64,000 nt of DNA from Candidatus Saccharimonadales bacterium (lineage in GTDB: Bacteria; Patescibacteriota; Saccharimonadia; Saccharimonadales; JBGSXW01). A model generated the notes under the pieces. It saw only the letters and a list, made by a program, of their open reading frames with translations, had not been told where the DNA came from and did not search any database. Of this stretch, positions 29,601 to 38,633 are shown piece after piece (within the stretch, counting starts at the first letter, position 1; each line of letters starts with the position of its first letter). Where the stretch lies: positions 157,287 to 221,286 of the forward strand of contig JBGSXW010000002.1 of NCBI GenBank assembly GCA_041751215.1, read 5' to 3'. The position numbers were made by a program, and so were the translations under genes.

Positions 29601-30560
29601 CTAGTCTTTCTCTACAAACTCGCGAATTTTGAGCGCGGCAGTTGCACCTTCTCCAACCGCACTGGCGATCTGCATGGTTGCTCCGCTGCGCACATCGCCG
29701 GCACAAAAAACACCGGGAACTGCGGTTTCTAGGTCTTTGTTGGTTTTTACGAACCCTTGCTCGTCTAACTCAACTTTGCTGCTCTCAAGAAAACCGGTGT
29801 TTGGCATCAGACCAACAAACACAAATACTGCATCAAGATCGGTGGTTGTCACCTTGTCGGTTGTTTTATCTTTAGTCCTTATGGCGCTTACTTTGCCATC
29901 GGTGCCAATAATTTCTTCGGTTACGGTATTTAGCTTGGTGGTAATTTTACCGGCCTTTTCAAGCTCGTTGATCTTGGCAATCAGAACATCGCTGGCCTTC
30001 CACTTGTCGCCGCGTATCAAAACATCTATATGTGAAGCAAACCTCGTTAAAAAGATCGCCTCCTGAGCGGCCGAGTTACCGCTGCCGATAACAGCCAGTT
30101 TTTTATCGCGGTAAAATGCCCCGTCGCAAGTGGCGCAGTAGTGAACGCCGCGGCCGTAGTATTCTTTCTCGCCCGCAACCTCTGCTTTTTTGTAATCACT
30201 ACCGGTGGCAATCAGCACTGCATTGGCTAAAATGTCGCCACTTGTGGTTGTAATGCGCTTGTACTCGCCTTCGTCTGTAATCTTATCAACTTGAGCTAAC
30301 TCAAACTCGGCACCAAAGCGCTCAGCTTGCTTTCTAAGCTCTTCGGCTAGCTCTAGGCCGCCGACCCCTTTAGAAAAGCCTGGATAGTTGTCTACGAGGT
30401 CTGTTATCGCGGCCAGGCCACCGATTACACCCTTCTCGATTAAAAGCGTCGATAGGTCCTCGCGAGTTGTGTAAACAGCAGCAGCTAAAGCCGCCGGTCC
30501 GGCCCCGATCGTGACAACTTGATACTTTCGCTCACTTGTACTCTGAGTTTGATCCGACAT
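29601..30560 (-). CDS. trxB: Thioredoxin-disulfide reductase
   Basis: It has the GAGPAALAAAVY FAD motif, the CATCDG redox-active disulfide and the GSGNSAAQEA NADPH motif. Confidence 0.9.
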   Translation of the reverse strand: MSDQTQSTSERKYQVVTIGAGPAALAAAVYTTREDLSTLLIEKGVIGGLAAITDLVDNYPGFSKGVGGLELAEELRKQAERFGAEFELAQVDKITDEGEYKRITTTSGDILANAVLIATGSDYKKAEVAGEKEYYGRGVHYCATCDGAFYRDKKLAVIGSGNSAAQEAIFLTRFASHIDVLIRGDKWKASDVLIAKINELEKAGKITTKLNTVTEEIIGTDGKVSAIRTKDKTTDKVTTTDLDAVFVFVGLMPNTGFLESSKVELDEQGFVKTNKDLETAVPGVFCAGDVRSGATMQIASAVGEGATAALKIREFVEKD

Positions 30561-30568
30561 AGAACTCC

Positions 30569-31057
30569 CTACGATTTTTTGGTCTTTGCCTTGCTTGTCT
30601 TCCCTGTCATTTTACCAAAATAATCGCTAATTGCGACTAGCGACAGCAATCCGGCGATACCGCCAAAGGTTAGAACTGATCCAAGGGGAATAGATAACCA
30701 GCTAAACCAGAAGAATGGCTCGTCGGTGCAGGACTCAGTTCCTCCACAAGTTAAACTTGCACTTGGGTCGCCCTGAATCGATAAGTGATACAAAGCAATC
30801 ACTAAGCCTATTAAGGCCAGGCTAAGTGCGTAAATATAGCCCTTCTTGTCTTGTCTGTAGCCAGAAATTGCCAAGACTATGGGTATCGGGAACATAAAAA
30901 TGCGCTGAAACCAGCACAATTCACACGGGATTAAACCCTTAACCTGACTAAAATAGAGACTGCCAATAGTACCTGCAGCTGCCAGCAAAAAGGCCAGACC
31001 AATGACTGTCCAGCGATTTTGTTCAACCAACTTAAAAAGGCTGTTTAAGCTTTGCAT
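30569..31057 (-). CDS. DsbB/BdbC-family disulfide bond formation protein
   Basis: It has four TM helices, the CELCWFQR CxxC in the first periplasmic loop and a second Cys pair (LTCGGTESC). Confidence 0.75.
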   Translation of the reverse strand: MQSLNSLFKLVEQNRWTVIGLAFLLAAAGTIGSLYFSQVKGLIPCELCWFQRIFMFPIPIVLAISGYRQDKKGYIYALSLALIGLVIALYHLSIQGDPSASLTCGGTESCTDEPFFWFSWLSIPLGSVLTFGGIAGLLSLVAISDYFGKMTGKTSKAKTKKS

Positions 31058-31063
31058 TTAGAC

Positions 31064-31312
31064 TTATGCAAGAACTGAGGCCAGGCGGCCAACATTGTAG
31101 CCAACTGTTACGTCTTGAGAGCCGTCTTCTTTAGTGATAACAGTAACTGGAACTCGAGATTGCCCCGTCATGGCAATCATTTCTTGCTGACGAGCTGGCT
31201 CTTCCTCGATGTTTACTTCGTCGTAGGTGTGTCCTTTTAGGCTGAGATACTGCTTGACCATTCCGCAATAGGCGCAGTTATTAGACGTGTATATTGTCAC
31301 CCTTTTCGACAT
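31064..31312 (-). CDS. Glutaredoxin/NrdH-like thioredoxin-fold protein
   Basis: It is 82 aa with VTIYTSNNCAYCGMVKQYL, a CxxC thioredoxin fold. Confidence 0.8.
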   Translation of the reverse strand: MSKRVTIYTSNNCAYCGMVKQYLSLKGHTYDEVNIEEEPARQQEMIAMTGQSRVPVTVITKEDGSQDVTVGYNVGRLASVLA

Positions 31313-31462
31313 TTTTTCCCCTTTTTGTTGTTAATGCTTAGTTGTCCTAGAAGTATATGCATCTAGCGTGTGCTCGTCAATACACTGCGCTACATAATGT
31401 GTTGTACTATGAACATTAACTAACCTCTTATGAGCCGAGGTAGCCTCTGAGGGCGCCAAACT

Positions 31463-32005
31463 CTACTCTTGAATGTCTATGAGTTCAACCACAAAAGTTA
31501 GTGGCTGATTTGGGCCAATTCCTCCGGCTGGAGATCCTTGCTCTCCATACCCGAGTTCGCCCGGAACAACCAATCGTCTAATTCCGCCAACTTTCATCCC
31601 GGGAACACCTTGCTGCCAGCCCTCGATAACCTCGTCTAGCGCGATGGTAATCGGCTGTCCCCGCTCGTAAGAGCTGTCAAAGATAACTCCGTTATTCGTC
31701 AGGTGTCCTTGATAGTGAACTACTATGCAGTCCCCTTCTTTAGCAACCTCTCCGGTTCCGACTTTTATATCAATTATATCGAGCTCTGAAATACGTTCCT
31801 TTATAATTACGGGCTTCTCAGGTGCTTCAATTGGCTCACCAGCGGGAGAGAAAGGAGAAGAACAAGCTAAAAGCTCTTGAAGCTGCTCAGCTTCTTGTTC
31901 TTGGCTGTTGCTACTCAAAATTGCTGCAGCTGCAGTACCAACAACTCCAAGAAGCATGGTTCCTACCAAAACATAGATCACAACACTTTGTTTTTTACTT
32001 GTCAC
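31463..32005 (-). CDS. FKBP-type peptidyl-prolyl cis-trans isomerase, exported or anchored
   Basis: It has an N-terminal signal anchor and a C-terminal FKBP domain (VHYQGHLTNNGVIFDSSYERGQP... GWQQGVPGMKVGGIRRLVVP). Confidence 0.85.
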   Translation of the reverse strand: MTSKKQSVVIYVLVGTMLLGVVGTAAAAILSSNSQEQEAEQLQELLACSSPFSPAGEPIEAPEKPVIIKERISELDIIDIKVGTGEVAKEGDCIVVHYQGHLTNNGVIFDSSYERGQPITIALDEVIEGWQQGVPGMKVGGIRRLVVPGELGYGEQGSPAGGIGPNQPLTFVVELIDIQE

Positions 32006-32029
32006 TTACGCAGCCTCCTTAGATTTCTT

Positions 32030-32416
32030 CTAGTTTATGTTGTTTGCCGAATTAAGCAAGTCAGTGCTTGGGGGTGTAGTGGGCAGAAAGGATTCCTGTC
32101 CAGAAACGGGTTGCCAACCAGCTGGAGTCGGTGATTGCTGCAACACACTGGCAGTGGGCTCTGGTTGAGCGGTTCCGGCTGGATTGCGCGGAAGACCCAA
32201 CGAGTTGAGGCTATCTCCCTCGACAACCTCAATTTCAACAGAGGAAAACTCATCTTGGTAGGCCTTAACGTTGCTTGTTGCGGTATCGTTGGTGTCGTCT
32301 GAAAAGCTGATGGAGTACAGACCAATGACTGCGAATATCGCCAGTGAGGATGTGACTAAAACACCCCAGCCGCGGCGCGATAAATTTAGTTTTTCAGACA
32401 TACCCAAATCTTGCAT
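32030..32416 (-). CDS. Hypothetical Pro/Thr-rich membrane-anchored protein
   Basis: It is 128 aa with one TM helix (VLVTSSLAIFAVIGLYSISF) and a low-complexity extracytoplasmic tail. Confidence 0.4.
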   Translation of the reverse strand: MQDLGMSEKLNLSRRGWGVLVTSSLAIFAVIGLYSISFSDDTNDTATSNVKAYQDEFSSVEIEVVEGDSLNSLGLPRNPAGTAQPEPTASVLQQSPTPAGWQPVSGQESFLPTTPPSTDLLNSANNIN

Positions 32417-32464
32417 ATCAGCAATTATAGCAGGCCTAAAAGCTAGCTACAGTCAACTTTGCGC

Positions 32465-33133
32465 TTATGCCTTTTCTGGTTCTTCTTCTGATTCGCTGCC
32501 GTGTTCGCTTGGTACGTCAGCTGCTGATTCGCCTTCGGCTTCAGCCTCGTCTTCGGCATCTTCGTCTTCTACTTGGGCGCGCGGTATGTCAACCTTGGCA
32601 ATCGGCGCTTCAGTGTCCATCAAAATCTCGACGTCTGCAACTATTTTAATGTCACTTACGCTCACGGTGTCACCGACTTCTTCTAGTCCGCTAATATCTA
32701 CGTCAAAGTGGTCTGGAAGTTTTGTAGGATCAGCCTCAACCTCTACGGCATCGAGCAAAGTAATGATAATCTTGCCGGTTCTAAGCGCTGGCGCATCACC
32801 AACTTGGTGCAGGGGAACTTCGGCCTGAACCTTTTCGCCCCGTTTAACAGTGTGGAACGATACGTGATGTAGCTCCTGAGTAATGTTGTTACGGTCAACT
32901 TCGCTAACGAGTGCCAGAGTTTGCTTGCCGTCAATTTCAAGCTCAATCGGATGGTTTTTTCCAGCTGCTTCAATAACTCGCACTAGTTCTTTTCTAGGAG
33001 CCATAACAGAGATAGATTCTTGACCCTTACCAAAAACATTACCAAGTACCATGCCGTCGGCAATTAGTTTTTTGGCTTTTTTTCCGGTTAGTTCTCGCTT
33101 GTTTAAAGCTAATTTTAGTTCTTCGGTGCTCAC
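32465..33133 (-). CDS. rplY: 50S ribosomal protein L25 / general stress protein Ctc with an acidic C-terminal tail
   Basis: It has the L25/Ctc beta-barrel plus C-terminal domain, followed by EDEDAEDEAEAEGESAADVPSEHGSESEEEPEKA. Confidence 0.8.
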   Translation of the reverse strand: MSTEELKLALNKRELTGKKAKKLIADGMVLGNVFGKGQESISVMAPRKELVRVIEAAGKNHPIELEIDGKQTLALVSEVDRNNITQELHHVSFHTVKRGEKVQAEVPLHQVGDAPALRTGKIIITLLDAVEVEADPTKLPDHFDVDISGLEEVGDTVSVSDIKIVADVEILMDTEAPIAKVDIPRAQVEDEDAEDEAEAEGESAADVPSEHGSESEEEPEKA

Positions 33134-33188
33134 AGTAAACTCATTCCTTTTTCAATCTGGAGCAGTATAGCTGATTTTACTGAATAAT

Positions 33189-33216
33189 AAAAGGGGCCGC
33201 CGTTGTTGGCGACCCC
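33189..33216 (-). terminator. Rho-independent terminator downstream of the DUF2207 gene
   Basis: On the minus strand it reads GGGGTCGCCaacaacGGCGGCCCC followed by TTTT. The 9-bp stem has one mismatch. Confidence 0.5.
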
Positions 33217-33289
33217 GAGGAAGTGCAAGTGTAATTTTCCACCTCACAGCTTCCATGATTTTATTTTAGCACAAGCACAATGACAATTT

Positions 33290-35074
33290 CTACCAACTTC
33301 CGCCACCACCGCCGCCAAAGCCACCGCCAGATGATCCGCCAGAGAAGCCGCTGCCGGACGAGCTAGTCGGGCTTGAGGTCATAACAGTACTCATCTGGCC
33401 AACACCGTTAGACAGTCGGTCGGCCAAGTAGATGGCATTAAAGGTGCTCCAGTTACCGTTGTACCAAGTCGGCGGTTCCTTGTAGATATCTTTAAACTTC
33501 TCAGACCAAGCCTTTTCAACGCCCATAACAATCGCAAACGGTAGTAGTTTTTCGTAAAGATGGACTGTGAATTTAGGGGCTTTTTTGTCACCCAAATACT
33601 CACTATCCGGGCCTTGTAGTATCTTGATGCGCTCGGCTTCTGCTACTTCCATAAATAACTTGAGTCCCAAAGCTGCCTCGGTTGCAATCACGCCCTTGTG
33701 GGTGCGCTGGGGCATATACCAGCCAATGATTAGGAGGATGATTCCGGAGATTATTAGTCCGATAGACCAGCCAAACCAGTTAGCTTCTGTTGCAACTAGT
33801 GAAATAAATCCAACGACCGCCAGAAGTCCGCCCAGAGTCATCGTCTCACCCCTTGCATGGGCTGGTTTCTTGGAGAAATACCCCCCACTAGTTAGCGCTG
33901 CTGTCAGCTGTTTTTTCATCTCACCGGCTGTTGTGTAAAATTTGTTCTTAAGATCTTTTAGCGCTACTTTCTCGCCAACCACTTCTTTTTCAAACAGACC
34001 TTCTAGTAACGACTCCTCATGCGGTTTCAGTTTTGTAAAATCAGCATTTAGCAGTTCGAATTCATAATCGCGTTTTTTCTTTCGCTCCGATTCCGTAAGA
34101 TCGTTAATTCTGATCCAGCCTCGAATTGCGAGGTCAATTAATGTGCCAGTTAGCTCGGTATTGTCTGGGGAAAAGTCTATTAGGGTGCCTACTTCTCCGG
34201 GCGTCAAACCCGCCGGTGGATCGTACTCGGGCACAATCACACCGCGGCCAGCCGGATCCTTGCCAGAGCGGCGCCACTTACGATACGCCAGCACTCCGAT
34301 ACCTAGCGGCAACAGAATACCGATGTTTCTGAGCACAACGCCAGACCACTGACTGAACGCGCTGGGCTGAGCAAAACTACCAGAATCAAATTTGATTGCA
34401 AAACTAAGGTTAGAATAAGCCGCCAGCGGCGATGTTGTAGCCACCGAAACCGTCTTGCCGTCCTTGCTGACCTGGGTAGTACAGTCTCTATCCTGAGATC
34501 CAGACTCTCCGGTATAGCAAACTACTTCCTTGGCTTCTCTGCCCGTTGGTAGAAGAATTTTCGCGTTAACCGAACCAAAGGAAGTGTCCCAGCCGGTTCC
34601 ATTTACATCCATGAACATCTCGTCATGATTTTCATAAAAACGAACGAAGTTCGACATCGAGTACTTAACAACATAAGTATGAGCGCCAATCACGTAGGCG
34701 TTTGGGTCGCCAATCTTTAAGACGAGATTGTCATTTTCACCGTACATATCGAATGGATGGAGCCGTCCCTGCAGGTTTGTGACACTGACATCCTCGATAT
34801 TCAGATCTACTCCTGGCTTGAAGGGCCCCCGATCATAAACGTCGGGCAAAACTCGAAAAATACCGTGGCGTTGGACCGAAAACCTAACATCAATGCGTTC
34901 CGTAACGTCTGCTTGCGCTTGCGGAGTGTCTTCAACTTCGTAGACAACGTTAAACCGCTCTACGTTGTAAGGCTCAAAGCTGGTTGGGGTTTGTGCATGT
35001 GCTGAAGCCAGAGGTACGGCCAGCGCCCCTAAGGCAATGACCGAAGCTATTAGCCGCTTATATACGCGTCGCAC
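33290..35074 (-). CDS. DUF2207-like membrane protein with a Gly/Ser-rich C-terminal tail
   Basis: It has a signal peptide, an extracytoplasmic domain of about 230 aa, TM helices in the middle and end, and the tail SSSGSGFSGGSSGGGFGGGGGGSW. Its start overlaps the 3' end of pheT. Confidence 0.6.
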   Translation of the reverse strand: MRRVYKRLIASVIALGALAVPLASAHAQTPTSFEPYNVERFNVVYEVEDTPQAQADVTERIDVRFSVQRHGIFRVLPDVYDRGPFKPGVDLNIEDVSVTNLQGRLHPFDMYGENDNLVLKIGDPNAYVIGAHTYVVKYSMSNFVRFYENHDEMFMDVNGTGWDTSFGSVNAKILLPTGREAKEVVCYTGESGSQDRDCTTQVSKDGKTVSVATTSPLAAYSNLSFAIKFDSGSFAQPSAFSQWSGVVLRNIGILLPLGIGVLAYRKWRRSGKDPAGRGVIVPEYDPPAGLTPGEVGTLIDFSPDNTELTGTLIDLAIRGWIRINDLTESERKKKRDYEFELLNADFTKLKPHEESLLEGLFEKEVVGEKVALKDLKNKFYTTAGEMKKQLTAALTSGGYFSKKPAHARGETMTLGGLLAVVGFISLVATEANWFGWSIGLIISGIILLIIGWYMPQRTHKGVIATEAALGLKLFMEVAEAERIKILQGPDSEYLGDKKAPKFTVHLYEKLLPFAIVMGVEKAWSEKFKDIYKEPPTWYNGNWSTFNAIYLADRLSNGVGQMSTVMTSSPTSSSGSGFSGGSSGGGFGGGGGGSW

Positions 35075-37586
35075 CGAGGTGCTCCTTGGCGGCGTCGGCC
35101 AGTTGATCCATAAGTGCGTTTACTTCACCAGTCTTGAGCGTGCGGCCTGGATGGCTGACAGCAAGCCGCAGGGTGTAGTTCCGATGATTGTCGTCTGGTT
35201 GGTAGATTTTGAGGCACTCTAGCTTTGCTTCGTAACCAAGCTCTTGAATCGCCCCGCCGAGTTCTGATTTTACAACTTTGAGCACCTGCTGATAGTTGTG
35301 CGTGCTAGTTACTTTAAGGGTAATGTCCTGAGTTGATGCTGGGAAGCGAGCTAAGGGCTGATACCTCTCGCCTACATCGGCTGGTTTGAGTGCGCTCATG
35401 AACAGTTCGAAGCCCGCGCAGAACACCGGCAGTTTGAGAGAAGCCGTAGTTGAAGCTGAGTATTCGCCAATCACACCTGTAAAGCCATCAGGACCTTGGA
35501 CTAAGGCGCTGCGCTCAGGGTCAAATGGAGCAATCGCTTGATGTAGTAGTTTGTGATTACCAATCTTAGCGTCCTTTAGTGGCACTAGTTCTGGCAAGCC
35601 TCGTCCGAGCGATCTGTGTACCGATTCAAGGTAAGTCCGCGCCTGATAGAAGGCTGCGCCTTCGTGCTTTGCTTTGGCGGTTTTTTCATCGGCTGCAAAC
35701 ACTAAGGCCAAGCGGTCAAATTCGGTCGGCAAGCCCTTTGCAATCTCACTCTTGCTGTGCACTGGGTTCATCTCGAAGATCGCAAACTGATTTTGGTCGG
35801 TTCCTCGCCCGGCTTTGATATTGGCCTCAACTTTGCTGAGCAGACTTGGCGTCAGACTAAGACGGTAGTACTGGAGGTCTGGGCTAATAGCGTTGTTGAG
35901 CTCAAAGGCCAGCTTGCGATCTTGGCCAACCTTGTCCATCAATTCGCCGTGTATGAAAGTGTAGGTCAGTAGCTCATTAGCACCAGCAGCTACCAGACTT
36001 TCTCTGATCTGGCGTTTTTGGTCCAAGGCTTGGTTTCTTTGCGCTGGGGTTAAGTCTCGTTTGGGCAAGGCAGCTGGCAAACGATCGTAGCCGTAAAGTC
36101 GGCCGACTTCTTCGACTATGTCTTCGGGAATCTCAATGTCAGTTCGCCAAAACGGCGCGGCAACTTTAAGTGAATCACCGTTAAGCACGACTTTGAACTC
36201 GACGTTCTCGAGCAAGTTTTTCATATCATTTGCTTTTAGGTCGCTGCCGAGTCGATCGTTGATGAACTTTGCACTAACTTCTACTGCCTTGGCTTTGCTC
36301 AAGCGCTCATGACTATCTAGCATTGGGCTGGCCACGGAGCCACCGGCATAAACTAAGACGTCCTCGAGGGTTTTAGCTAGCACGCGGTCGCATTGCCACG
36401 GCGACTGACCTTTACTGAAGCGGGTCACGGCATCAGTAAACTGCCCGTGCCGCATGCTGGTTCGGCGAATCGAATACATATCAAAGTTGGCGCATTCAAG
36501 AATAATGTTGGTGGTGTCGGCCGTAATTTCCGTGTCGCTGCCACCACGAACACCGGCTAGTCCCAGGGCTTTACTATCGGTCGCAATCACAATCTCATCA
36601 CCAGTTAGCTTGGCCGGTTTGCTCTTAATCAGCTCGATCTGCTCGCCGGCCTTAGCCTTGCGCACCGTTAAGGTTGCTCCGTCAGACTTACTTAGCGCGG
36701 CCACTTTGTCGTAGTCAAAGGCGTGCAATGGTTGGCCGGTTAGCATCATGTAGTAATTAGTCAGGTCTACGAGATTATTGATCGGATTAATACCGACGCG
36801 CGACAAAAAGCTTTGCAGCCACAGCGTGCTCGGCTTAACCTCGACTCCGCAAACAGCTATTGCCATGAAGCGAGGAGCCAATTCTGGAATCTTATTCTCG
36901 ACTTTAAGTGCGAGCTTGTCGCCAGTTGATTTTATGGGGAGCGGTTCGTCGATGTACCAGTATGGAGAGTTAAAGCTCTTGCCGCTAATACCAGTCACCT
37001 CGCGGGCTACGCCGAGCTGGCCAAAGCAGTCCGGTCGGTGCGTGAACATCTTGTTTTCGATATCAATGACGTAATCATCGAGTTTGAGGGCTTCGATAAG
37101 TGTTGTGCCGAGCTTAACGTCATCTTCGACTTCTGCAATTCCCGAGTGATCCTCGCTGATGCCAAGTTCCTTGGCGCTAGCTAACATACCGTTACTGACT
37201 ACTCCGCGCAGCTCTCTGGCTTCAAGCGTAAAGCGCTCTTCGTCCCAAGTGCTGGGCACAACCGCTCCGGGAGGCAGCCAAACGACAGTCATGCCGGCTT
37301 TGACGTTAGGTGCGCCGCAAACAACTTCGACTAAGCCTTCTTTGTCGCGCTTGACGTCTTTAGTTGCCCGGTTGTCATCAATCAAGCAAACGTGCAGCTT
37401 GTCGGCGTTGGGGTGCTTCTCGCAGCTAACAACTTTGGCGACCACCGCACCACGGTAGCGCTCGGCTAAGCTCTCAACGCCTTCGACTTCGCCAAGCTGC
37501 TCGCCAATTCGATTTACAATCTTATCAATCGGAGCGTCTAGCCCTTGGCCTCCATAATATTTCATCCAGTTTAGGCTTACTTTCAT
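35058..37586 (-). CDS. pheT: Phenylalanine--tRNA ligase beta subunit
   Basis: It is 842 aa with a tRNA-binding OB domain, B3/4, B5 and a C-terminal anticodon-binding-like domain. Confidence 0.9.
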   Translation of the reverse strand: MKVSLNWMKYYGGQGLDAPIDKIVNRIGEQLGEVEGVESLAERYRGAVVAKVVSCEKHPNADKLHVCLIDDNRATKDVKRDKEGLVEVVCGAPNVKAGMTVVWLPPGAVVPSTWDEERFTLEARELRGVVSNGMLASAKELGISEDHSGIAEVEDDVKLGTTLIEALKLDDYVIDIENKMFTHRPDCFGQLGVAREVTGISGKSFNSPYWYIDEPLPIKSTGDKLALKVENKIPELAPRFMAIAVCGVEVKPSTLWLQSFLSRVGINPINNLVDLTNYYMMLTGQPLHAFDYDKVAALSKSDGATLTVRKAKAGEQIELIKSKPAKLTGDEIVIATDSKALGLAGVRGGSDTEITADTTNIILECANFDMYSIRRTSMRHGQFTDAVTRFSKGQSPWQCDRVLAKTLEDVLVYAGGSVASPMLDSHERLSKAKAVEVSAKFINDRLGSDLKANDMKNLLENVEFKVVLNGDSLKVAAPFWRTDIEIPEDIVEEVGRLYGYDRLPAALPKRDLTPAQRNQALDQKRQIRESLVAAGANELLTYTFIHGELMDKVGQDRKLAFELNNAISPDLQYYRLSLTPSLLSKVEANIKAGRGTDQNQFAIFEMNPVHSKSEIAKGLPTEFDRLALVFAADEKTAKAKHEGAAFYQARTYLESVHRSLGRGLPELVPLKDAKIGNHKLLHQAIAPFDPERSALVQGPDGFTGVIGEYSASTTASLKLPVFCAGFELFMSALKPADVGERYQPLARFPASTQDITLKVTSTHNYQQVLKVVKSELGGAIQELGYEAKLECLKIYQPDDNHRNYTLRLAVSHPGRTLKTGEVNALMDQLADAAKEHLGATRI

Positions 37587-38611
37587 ACAAACTGCCTCAG
37601 AAATTCTAGGTTGCCGCTCTCAAAGTTTCGAACGTCCTCGATACCATGCTTCATCATAACCATGCGCTCAACGCCGAAGCCCCAAGCAAAGCCAGTGAAT
37701 TCTTTGGGATCGATGCCCGCCATTTTAAGCACGTTAGGGTGAATCATCCCGCAGCCGCCTAGTTCTAGCCACTGGTCGCCTGCTCCATCGCCCTTGCGCA
37801 GCATCGCTGGTCGCTCAACCGCAAACTCAAAGCTTGGCTCGGTAAACGGAAAGTAAAAAGGCTGAATCTTAACATTTAGCTCCTGGCCAAAAAACTCACT
37901 CATGTAGGCGCGAATCGTAGCGACTAAGTTACCGACGTTCATACCGCGGTCTACATAAACACCTTCGATCTGATAAAACGTATGCTCGTGAGTTGCATCT
38001 AGGTCCTCGTTGCGGTAAACGCGGTCCGGTATCAAAACTGCGATCGGCCGGCCCTCGTCTAGATTCTTTTTGTACTTCTTAAGCATTCGGTTCTGCATGG
38101 TGCTGGTGTGGGCCGGCGCCACAAAACCCTCTTTTGTAGTAAAGGTGTCGTAATCATCACGTGCCGGATGACCCTCTGGAAAGTTCAGCGCCTCGAACAT
38201 GTTAAATTCATCATCGATTTGCCTGGAGCGTTCGATATCAAAGCCCATTCGGTAAAAAATATCCGATATTGTCTCTAGCTCGCTTGTAAGCGGGTGCTGG
38301 CTGCCGTGGTTACTAGGTAAGACACTCGGTAGGTTGTTTACATTTACGTCAAACGGCGCCGTGACATCAATTGGTGGGCGCGGAGCAACCGCAGCGGCTT
38401 CGCCTAGCCCTTGGAGCTCGGTTTTAAGCTGGTTTAGCTCTTTGCCAAAACTGGCGCGGTCGCTAGAGTTCAGCTTCGAGAGTTTGCTAAAAAGCTGTTT
38501 AAGATCGTCGGAGCGCAGAGCCGCCTTGGCATCGCCGGTTTTACTAACCTGCTTTTTTAGCGTCGCTGCGACTTTAGCAATTTCTGAGTTCTGATACGAC
38601 ATCGTTACCAA
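37583..38611 (-). CDS. pheS: Phenylalanine--tRNA ligase alpha subunit
   Basis: It has class II aaRS motifs (FRNEDLDATHEHTFYQIEG; GFAWGFGVERMVMM). Confidence 0.92.
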   Translation of the reverse strand: MVTMSYQNSEIAKVAATLKKQVSKTGDAKAALRSDDLKQLFSKLSKLNSSDRASFGKELNQLKTELQGLGEAAAVAPRPPIDVTAPFDVNVNNLPSVLPSNHGSQHPLTSELETISDIFYRMGFDIERSRQIDDEFNMFEALNFPEGHPARDDYDTFTTKEGFVAPAHTSTMQNRMLKKYKKNLDEGRPIAVLIPDRVYRNEDLDATHEHTFYQIEGVYVDRGMNVGNLVATIRAYMSEFFGQELNVKIQPFYFPFTEPSFEFAVERPAMLRKGDGAGDQWLELGGCGMIHPNVLKMAGIDPKEFTGFAWGFGVERMVMMKHGIEDVRNFESGNLEFLRQFV

Positions 38612-38633
38612 AAATTATATCATCAATACAGAT

